From NCBI GenBank assembly GCA_003247575.1, contig QJZC01000045.1, forward strand, positions 8,297 to 72,296: a stretch of DNA of 64,000 nt. The letters are read 5' to 3'. A program made the translations under genes and the position numbers. Under the pieces are notes generated by a model. It was not told the DNA's origin. It searched no databases and worked only from the letters and a program-made list of their open reading frames with translations. Every line of letters starts with the position of its first letter. Positions within the stretch are counted from its first letter, which is position 1. Shown in pieces: positions 58,201 to 64,000 of this stretch. The DNA comes from Pseudomonadota bacterium (GTDB lineage Bacteria; Myxococcota_A; UBA9160; SZUA-336).

Positions 58201-58331
58201 TTTCGACCTTGTTCACCCTGATTGCGATCCCCGTGGTCCACGGTACCGTGATCCATCTCGCCGAGCGGCTCGGCCTAAACACCATTCCACCGGCTGTAGA
58301 TCTGGAGCTCGAAACGGATGAGATCGCCTGA
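55218..58331 (+). CDS. RND family inner-membrane efflux permease (AcrB/HAE1-like)
   Basis: It is 1037 aa, starting LSDLSIRRPVLATVMNLLILVVG. VDDSIVVMENIYRR lies in TM4, and the two-fold repeat layout of 12 TM segments and large periplasmic loops is present. Confidence 0.95.
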   Translation: MKLSDLSIRRPVLATVMNLLILVVGVIAFLELPVREYPDVDPPIVSVRTVLPGASPETVETALTEPLEQALNGIEGMRTIQSSSNFGTSSIDIEFDPSRDVDVAANDVSNAIQRALGDLPDDAERPVISKAGANDQPIMWLHLDGDRYSAGDRTDLADRIVKTPLQVLPGVSRAIIGGSRRYAMRIWLDPAEMAARGVDASDVRRAVLENNLQTAAGEIEGSARKFTVNVEGQIDDPRTYEQLVIREDGDRQVRIADVGRVELGADNYRVVTRFDREPTVGVGIVRQSRSNELAVSRAVRDELQGVRSALPADVDLGIAVDNTRFVEASLEQVWETLAVSLAIVVLVNLIFLRSATTTTITAIAIPVSVVGTFALMQVLGFSINVLTLLALVLAIGLLVDDSIVVMENIYRRRELGESLLRASINGAREVGFAVIATTVAVVAVLIPLGLMTGNVGRLFREFALTMTAAVAISTFVALTLVPMLCSKYLRVASESGATSRLSAWFERVLDSLGGLYDRQLGRALEHPRVMGLALGASVLGVVVLFGSLPQTLVPTEDRGRILTFLRAPRGSTTAYTDRALQKVEEKLASVPEIEGFFSAVALGGGNVGDTSQGIVFARLAPWGDRARSQQEIVGQLFGEFSQIPDALAFPINPASLGQGQANDVEVIIKSSSAELQEFEQISRQVIGELREVSGLVNVDTDLYIDTPKLDIHFDRERAADVRVPVRAVADTLRLLVSEGPTDEFVMRNRQYDVVMALAPRFRSEPGQLGNLYVRSLDGPMIPLASLVDVRPTVGPSALNHYGLQRSQKFTASLAPSASLGDVLPRVLSIIESNLPSGFSVALGGVSREFEESSGAILTTFALSLIVIYLVLSAQFESFVHPLTVMLSVPLACVGALGTLLLLGHTLNVYSQTGIILLVGLVTKNSILLVDFANQERARGTGLLDSLRAAGHTRFRPILMTSVTSILGAIPLAFALGAGAEGRRAIGAAVVGGLLFSTLFTLIAIPVVHGTVIHLAERLGLNTIPPAVDLELETDEIA

Positions 58332-58686
58332 CAGAACCCGCCGTGCGCTTCTCCTCGCCATTCTCGGCCTGGGACTCGGCTGCGGAGATCCCGCACTCGA
58401 ACGCGCGGTGGACAGCTATCGCGAGAGCCGCGACTACGACAGCCTTCGATTCATAGAGCAGCACCTTGCCTACGGAATGCCGCGCTCGCGCGTCCGCGAG
58501 CTACTGGGTCCGCCTGCTACACCGCAGGTCGGGGGCGAAGACTACTACCCCTCCTTCAGATCCACAGAAGCAGAGGGTGAACCCGTACAGGCTCCGGGGT
58601 TGGCGGTCGGATATGCGGATCCGTCGGGGAAGTACACGACCACCCTACGAAGCCATCGCTGGGAGCCGGCACGTTCGACCGATTGA
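58318..58686 (+). CDS. Small lipoprotein, BamE/SmpA_OmlA-like
   Basis: The ATG overlaps the RND stop by 14 nt. The signal and lipobox are LLLAILGLGLGCG, and MPRSRVRELLGPP resembles the BamE-type motif. Confidence 0.5.
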   Translation: MRSPDRTRRALLLAILGLGLGCGDPALERAVDSYRESRDYDSLRFIEQHLAYGMPRSRVRELLGPPATPQVGGEDYYPSFRSTEAEGEPVQAPGLAVGYADPSGKYTTTLRSHRWEPARSTD

Positions 58687-58696
58687 AGACTTCTCT

Positions 58697-60121
58697 TCAC
58701 ATTGCAGCTTCGAGAAGCAGCGGAGGATTCGCCTTGCGCAAGCGCTCCAGACGACGCTTGCTGATCTCCGCAAACCGCGGAATCTCCCGCGGCGGTAGCG
58801 CGCGGTCGGTCTCGAACTCCACCTGCAAGGGATCGATGAAGCGTCCCTTGTACTCGAGCAGATAGTGCAGATGCGGCCCGGTCGCAGTACCGGACATGCC
58901 CACATAGCCGATCACCTGCTTCTGCTCGACCTTGTCACCGACCTTCAGGTTGTCTGCATACTTGGACAGGTGACCGTAGTAGCTGCTGTATCCGTTCTTG
59001 TGTCGGACCTTGATGGCGCGTCCCATGCCACCGCGCCAGCCCCTGAATACGACCTCACCATCGCCTGCCGACCAGACCGGCGTTCCCGTCGGAGCAGCAA
59101 AGTCCACCGCACGATGCGAGCGATAGTCGCGATGAACGGGGTGCAGTCGCTTGTGCGTATAGCGAGAGCTGATCCGCGTGTACTTGAGCGGCGCTCGGAG
59201 CAAGCTGGAACGCAACGGCTTCCCATCGGGCGTGTAGTAACCGATGAATCCATCCGAATCTTCGTAGCGAAGCGCGACCACCGAACCCCGCGCCTGGGGT
59301 ACAGACGAGGGAGAGTACTGAGCCGCCAGAATGCGGCCGTAGCTCACAAAGCCTGTTCGGTCGTAGAACTTCTCGTACACGAGGCGATACTCGTCGCCAG
59401 GCCGAGTCTCATTCGTCAAGTCGAGCTTCCAGGCAAAGATGTCCACGAATGACTGTACCAGGTCGATCCGCTCACCCTGCTTCTCGAGCGCGTCCGCGAG
59501 CGAGCGCTCGATCACTCCACCTAGAGTAACTACGCGCCTTTCCATCGGCGGCTCGGACTGTACAGCCAAGAGCTTGCCGCTGGGCCCCGGCGAGATTCGA
59601 TACAGGTCTCGCCCCTGCTGATACTCGAACGACACGAGCTTCCCCGACTGGGTGCTCGAAAAGGCGATGAAATCGCCCTCGCGGCCGTTTCGGGGGTCGA
59701 ATACCGGCCGCAACGTATCCAGGATCTCGACCGCTTGTACCGGGCTGGCGCCGAGCTTGCGCAGGGTCCCGCCGATGCGTTCGCCTGCTGCCAACCGAGT
59801 CGTCTCGACCCGCAAGCGCTCGGGCGGTGAGTCTTCGTCGAAGAGGAAGTCCGACCCCGAGACCGAGAGCGGACGCGCAGTGGCAACGAACTGGCTGCTC
59901 GGAGCGTTCCCAGCCACCCTCGCGTAGCTCATCAGGCCAGCTTCGCTCGCCAGATCGGCAGCGAGAGGGTCCAGTGACGACCAGCTCGCGACCGGAACCG
60001 AAAGCAGCGGACACAGGAACGCCGTTGCAGCGATCGCCGCCCAACGGACGCTGCTCGAAGCCGGCTCGAAGCAACGATCCCAGCGCTGCCCCGTAGCGGA
60101 CTGCCGCACACGCACGCCCAT
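58697..60121 (-). CDS. M23 family metallopeptidase with an N-terminal Csd3/OapA-like region
   Basis: The catalytic motifs are HRAVDFAAPTGTPVWSAGDGEVV and GYVGMSGTATGPHLHY. The start is uncertain: ATG 60121 gives a signal-anchor (AAIAATAFLCPLLSVPVASW), while the track start is 60313. Confidence 0.8.
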   Translation of the reverse strand: MGVRVRQSATGQRWDRCFEPASSSVRWAAIAATAFLCPLLSVPVASWSSLDPLAADLASEAGLMSYARVAGNAPSSQFVATARPLSVSGSDFLFDEDSPPERLRVETTRLAAGERIGGTLRKLGASPVQAVEILDTLRPVFDPRNGREGDFIAFSSTQSGKLVSFEYQQGRDLYRISPGPSGKLLAVQSEPPMERRVVTLGGVIERSLADALEKQGERIDLVQSFVDIFAWKLDLTNETRPGDEYRLVYEKFYDRTGFVSYGRILAAQYSPSSVPQARGSVVALRYEDSDGFIGYYTPDGKPLRSSLLRAPLKYTRISSRYTHKRLHPVHRDYRSHRAVDFAAPTGTPVWSAGDGEVVFRGWRGGMGRAIKVRHKNGYSSYYGHLSKYADNLKVGDKVEQKQVIGYVGMSGTATGPHLHYLLEYKGRFIDPLQVEFETDRALPPREIPRFAEISKRRLERLRKANPPLLLEAAM

Positions 60122-60717
60122 ACGACGCAGCCAGAGCCACGCACGCAAAAAAACGGAAGAAGGAGCGGGTAGCACCGGTTCAGCCACAATCCAACGCAGC
60201 GCCGCCGAGCAGGAAGTCCGAGCCTCGGCATCGGCCTTTGCCGTGCTTGCCGTACACGAACCCGCATCTCCTACGCCGAGAGCGGCCGATTCAATATCCA
60301 CTGGATCGATCACGAATGAAGTCTACCCGTCTTTGATAGACAGATATGTGATGACTGTCGCATTTTTCGGATGCCCCAGCGACGCAGTCGAGACCCACTG
60401 CGAACTACTCCAACCCCCTTTTTGACGGATCGCCACTGGGGAGGCAAGAGAAAATCCGCGGGATGTGGCGCACCAGGTGTGGAACGCCCCCTTAACGCCC
60501 TGATACCCCGCAAAACTACACAAATAGAGAAAAGATGCCGCCCCGCTCGACCGCCCGATGGTCCCAGAGGCAGAGCGCAGGTCCGAACTCGACACTCGCG
60601 ACACCCACCCCGCGACACTGCTGGAGATCACGACACCGAGTAGCCCGTCCGCACGGTTCCTCAGCCTCAGGCTTTGGCTGTGCCCCTCACTCTCTAAGCT
60701 CGCTAAGAGGGTGCACC

Positions 60718-62034
60718 CTACTGGGGGGCGGACTCTGCCGCCTTGAGGTCGACGATCGCATCGTGCACACATTGGAAGAGCGGCTCGACGTCCTGCTCTT
60801 CGAGGCAGGAGAAGGCGACGCGCAGATCGTGTGCACCCAGCGAGATCAAGCCGACTCCGTAGCGCTCGAGGAGGTGGACACGCAGCTTCTCTGCATCGAC
60901 CCCCTTGATCCGAAGGCACATGAAGTAGCCGGCATTGAACGGGTAGACATCCCAGCTATCTCGATAGCACTCGCGGTCCACGACCTCTCGTACGCGCGTG
61001 GCCCGCCGACGCAGGATGTCGAGCTTCTCCTTACGCTGCGCGTCGAACTCGGGCGAGCTCATCGCTTGGAGCACGACGCTCTGCGAGATGTGCGGCGAAC
61101 TCGAGACGGCACCGCGGATGGCTCCCATGGTCTTCTTCTCGAGTGCGGCGAGCAGCAGTTCCGCATTCTCGACTGGAGGCGGGGCGTAGGTCAGGAAGCC
61201 GCAGCGCAGTCCCCAGACGAACAGCTCCTTCGTAGCCGCGTCGAGCTTGATGGTGAGAATCCGAGGGTGCAGGTTCGCAAAGAATCCGAAAGCCGACTCC
61301 TGGAGGGCAAGGTCATCGAAGACCAGCCCGAAGTAGGCATCGTCCACGACCACGACCAGCCGACGTCCCGACTCCGCCGCCGCCACGAGAACATCGCGCA
61401 GCTCCTCGACTTCTCTGCGGCCCGGCATGTACCCCGTGGGATTATTCGGGAAGTTCAACAGGACGATCGCCTTGCCTTCTCCGCTCCCGAGCACCTCGGC
61501 CAGCCCCTGCGCATTGAAGCGCGAGTTCGCATACGTCGGGTAGGTCTCTACCACGGCACCGAGACGCGTCTCGAAGGTGAGGCGATAGTTCCCCCAGAGC
61601 TTGTCCGGCAGGATCAAGCGATCACCGGGGTCTACGAACAGGTCTCCGACGATGCTCAGCCCATGTGTGATCGCACTCGTTACGATCGGCGTGCCGAAGC
61701 TGCGCTTGGCCAAGGTCGGGTTCTCGGCCACCAGCTTCTCGCGCCAGACACGACGCAGATCCGCACGCCCGGAAGCCGGCGCGTAGCGTAGCGCGTCCGC
61801 GGGTGAGATCGGGCCGAGCGCATCGAGAACGCACCCGAGCGACATCGGGCCCCCGTCCTCCGTCGCTTCCCCCAGGGTCGCGTTGAAGCGATGAGCCTTC
61901 TCCCGGGCTTCCGCGCTCTGAAAGAGAATCCCGCGTGGCCAGTACAGCTTCTTGCCGCGCTCCGAGAGCAGGGCGGCCACATCGGGGCTGATGCGTTCGA
62001 TCTCGTCGTTCAGTTCTTTGGCTAGTGGGTTCAT
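60718..62034 (-). CDS. Class I/II PLP-dependent aminotransferase
   Basis: LLNFPNNPTGY is the NPxNPTG-type motif. ATKELFVWGLRCGF sits in the position of the SxSK..G.R.G Schiff-base lysine motif. Confidence 0.82.
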   Translation of the reverse strand: MNPLAKELNDEIERISPDVAALLSERGKKLYWPRGILFQSAEAREKAHRFNATLGEATEDGGPMSLGCVLDALGPISPADALRYAPASGRADLRRVWREKLVAENPTLAKRSFGTPIVTSAITHGLSIVGDLFVDPGDRLILPDKLWGNYRLTFETRLGAVVETYPTYANSRFNAQGLAEVLGSGEGKAIVLLNFPNNPTGYMPGRREVEELRDVLVAAAESGRRLVVVVDDAYFGLVFDDLALQESAFGFFANLHPRILTIKLDAATKELFVWGLRCGFLTYAPPPVENAELLLAALEKKTMGAIRGAVSSSPHISQSVVLQAMSSPEFDAQRKEKLDILRRRATRVREVVDRECYRDSWDVYPFNAGYFMCLRIKGVDAEKLRVHLLERYGVGLISLGAHDLRVAFSCLEEQDVEPLFQCVHDAIVDLKAAESAPQ

Positions 62035-62131
62035 GGCGCGGCGAACATAGCAGATTCGCAGCCGCTGGGAGGCGGCGACTCAGAGGCTTCTGCCGAGACC
62101 CGTGGCACTGCCCGCCCCAGGCCGGTTCGAC

Positions 62132-62665
62132 TCATCCTTCGGGGACGCACCCTTCAGCCATGCGGATACAGCGGTAGTTGTTGTTCAAGCCGCTGGGCAG
62201 GCGCGCGTCCACCTCGACATTGCGCACACGCCCGCTCTGGATCTCGAAGACGAGCTCGCAGTAGCCGACACCGCGCGGAATGGCGCTCGAGGACCCGTCG
62301 AGCACCTCGCGCGACAGAGTCGGATCGCGCTGTCGGCCGACGCGGCGACTGCCGAGCGGATCCAGACTCCCTCCGCGGGAGACATCGAAAGGATCGGGGT
62401 CGGACTCGGGTTCGAGCCAGCGATAGCGCAGGTACTCGGTATCCCCATCCTCGGTCGTGTCGAACGGCACCCCGATGCAGCCGCGCAACGTGCGCGCCTC
62501 GATCCCGATCAGCCGAGTGCGCATGTCCTCGACCCCGCGACCGGCCAGCGGCAGGCAAGCGGCGAGCCACGCCGCGAGCGCGAGCGAGCCGCCCACCCAG
62601 AGCTGCATAGCCAAGCGCTGCGGCCTGGGGGCCTCGACACCGAACGACCTGCGTCTTCGCATCAT
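62132..62665 (-). CDS. Hypothetical lipoprotein
   Basis: The signal and lipobox are LALAAWLAAC. Its ATG overlaps the upstream GNAT stop as TGATG, and I recognise no family. Confidence 0.45.
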   Translation of the reverse strand: MMRRRRSFGVEAPRPQRLAMQLWVGGSLALAAWLAACLPLAGRGVEDMRTRLIGIEARTLRGCIGVPFDTTEDGDTEYLRYRWLEPESDPDPFDVSRGGSLDPLGSRRVGRQRDPTLSREVLDGSSSAIPRGVGYCELVFEIQSGRVRNVEVDARLPSGLNNNYRCIRMAEGCVPEG

Positions 62666-63249
62666 CAGAGCTCTCCCTCGAGAATTCGGGCACGCTCGCC
62701 GAATCCGACCTTCCTCCAGAACTCGAGCGCTCCAGGATTGGCAGCCTCTACCCGGACGGATGCACGCGAATACCCGCGCTCCCGGAAGAAGCCCAAAACC
62801 TCAGCCGCCAAAGCACGCCCAACTCCGCGTTCACGCCAGCCATCCGCCACGAAGAGCTCGTGCACCCAGCAGACGCCCCGGGCGACATCCTGCGGTCCGG
62901 CCTCCATCGAGCGCTGGCGCTCGATCTCCGCGAGCGCGAAACCGATCAGGCTCGACTCGCGTCCCGCCCGCTCCTCGGCCACGATCACTCGACAGCACGT
63001 GTTGCGCATCGCGCGACGCAGCTCTGACCGTAGCAGCTCGGTTACGGCCTCGGGGACGCGGAAAGCCGGATCCGAGTGTTGGTGGTGCAGCACGAGCCCC
63101 AACCAGAGCTCCAGCACGGCGCCGAAGTCCCTGCGCCTGGCCGGTCGAAGACGCAGAGACTGCGCATCCGTGCCACAGCTGGCCGTCTCGGAGGACGCGA
63201 GCCTCGCGGCCGAGGACCTGGAATGGGGCGCGGTGGATGTCGGCACCAC
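62665..63249 (-). CDS. GNAT family N-acetyltransferase
   Basis: Motif A is WRERGVGRALAAEVLGFFRERGY and the C-terminus is NPGALEFWRKVGF. The start is 3 nt after the thyX stop. Confidence 0.8.
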   Translation of the reverse strand: MVPTSTAPHSRSSAARLASSETASCGTDAQSLRLRPARRRDFGAVLELWLGLVLHHQHSDPAFRVPEAVTELLRSELRRAMRNTCCRVIVAEERAGRESSLIGFALAEIERQRSMEAGPQDVARGVCWVHELFVADGWRERGVGRALAAEVLGFFRERGYSRASVRVEAANPGALEFWRKVGFGERARILEGEL

Positions 63250-63252
63250 GCC

Positions 63253-64000
63253 CTAGAGCACTCGTTGGATCGCGGGGAACGACTTCCACACGGGAACACC
63301 GCAGAAGTGGCTCCCCTCGGGGCAACGAGGACGTACGCGACCATCGCGCACGACACAAGGCGGACCGAGATGGCGACCGAACTCTGGATGCACCGCGGAC
63401 ACCTGCCCCACCTCGTCCAGCGACGCCTCGTAGATCTCGCGCTGCGCATTCAGACAAGTCCGCGTCGTCCACTTGTGCAGCAAATGCAGGAGCGTGCCCG
63501 ACTCCTGAAATCGAATCGCACGCGCGTTGGGCAACAGATACTGGGCGGTCGCGACGTCGACGCCGTTCGCCACGAGCTGATTCTTCGCCTCCCAGAGCTC
63601 TCCGACGGCTTCGCCGAAGCGCGCGTACGCGCGCGGATCGGCTTGGATGAGCTCGGGAACGATCACATCCGGAACCCGCGTGTCGTGGCGCGAGAGCAGC
63701 GGACGCGACCCCGGGACCATGCGATGTCGCTGATCCTGTGAGTCTGCGCTGTGAGAAAGCTTCTTGCTGAACGTGTAGTGCGCGTGCTCTAGCGTCTGCA
63801 TCAGCGGCGAGTGCATCGATACGTTCAGCGCCCCGAGACGATAGGCATTCTGCCCTGGATCCAGGACGGCAGCGCACGCAGCCGCATCCGAGAGCTCGGC
63901 GGCGCTGCGTCCGAGCACAGCACGCACGGCATCGGCCACGATTGCCGGCGCAGACCTCGTGTACGCGACCAACCGCGAATTGCTCGCGCCTAGCCTCTCG
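63253..64000 (-). CDS. thyX: FAD-dependent thymidylate synthase ThyX-like, probably 5'-truncated by the window end
   Basis: It has a ThyX-type RHR motif (SQDQRHRMVPGSRPLLSRH) and LLPNARAIRFQESGTLLHLLHKWTTRTCLNAQREI. The frame stays open to position 64000. The track start (TTG 63972) may not be the true start. Confidence 0.7.
   Translation of the reverse strand, partial: ERLGASNSRLVAYTRSAPAIVADAVRAVLGRSAAELSDAAACAAVLDPGQNAYRLGALNVSMHSPLMQTLEHAHYTFSKKLSHSADSQDQRHRMVPGSRPLLSRHDTRVPDVIVPELIQADPRAYARFGEAVGELWEAKNQLVANGVDVATAQYLLPNARAIRFQESGTLLHLLHKWTTRTCLNAQREIYEASLDEVGQVSAVHPEFGRHLGPPCVVRDGRVRPRCPEGSHFCGVPVWKSFPAIQRVL

Noticed and set aside
62124-62137. tRNA T-loop-like GGTTCGACTCATCC in the gap upstream of the aminotransferase gene.
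   Set aside because: No acceptor, D or anticodon arms can be built around it. No GGTTCGAATCC-type T-arm with a matching 3' stem was seen anywhere in the window.

Overview
The window is visibly GC-rich (roughly two-thirds G+C by eye, not computed) and looks like gene-dense bacterial core chromosome rather than an accessory island. I could support about 60 protein-coding genes. I found no rRNA, tRNA, CRISPR array, transposase, integrase, phage gene or recognisable defence gene.

Most genes sit in conserved housekeeping blocks:
- rplU-rpmA-obg-proB, then nadD-rsfS-gpmI-comF
- trxB, greA and ridA
- nadA plus a CDF transporter
- the macromolecular-synthesis operon rpsU-dnaG-rpoD
- one long minus-strand run, rho-rpmE-prfA-prmC-hisD-hisB-hisH-(lipoprotein)-hisF
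- rluD-pgeF, rng, surE and lon
- gshA-like plus yjjX
- an RND efflux pair, an M23 peptidase, an aminotransferase, and thyX-GNAT

Many junctions are 1-4 nt stop/start overlaps (ATGA, GTGA, TTGA). I used these, together with alignment to well-known protein N-termini, to re-assign starts where the ORF track over-extends. The lineage looks Gram-negative, possibly Myxococcota- or Desulfobacterota-like. That is a low-confidence inference from AMIN-domain envelope proteins, lipoprotein signals and the basic N-terminal extension on RpoD.

Nothing here is an obvious new system. These are the parts not explained by textbook functions:
1. A tightly coupled ParA/MinD-type ATPase, an HPD-less J-domain/RodZ-type HTH protein and an 88-aa protein, chained to rluD-pgeF.
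2. An ExeA-like AAA ATPase next to two AMIN-domain envelope proteins, one with a barrel-less POTRA-like C-terminus.
3. Four unusually long non-coding gaps in an otherwise packed genome. They measure about 1.35 kb, 0.7 kb, 0.56 kb and 0.4-0.6 kb, and some contain repeats or palindromes.
4. A subtilase-like protein that appears to have lost its catalytic His, Asn and Ser.
5. A PAS-HisKA-receiver protein with no ATPase domain.
6. A lipoprotein gene where hisA normally sits in the his operon.

All domain calls come from reading motifs by eye. No database search was run.
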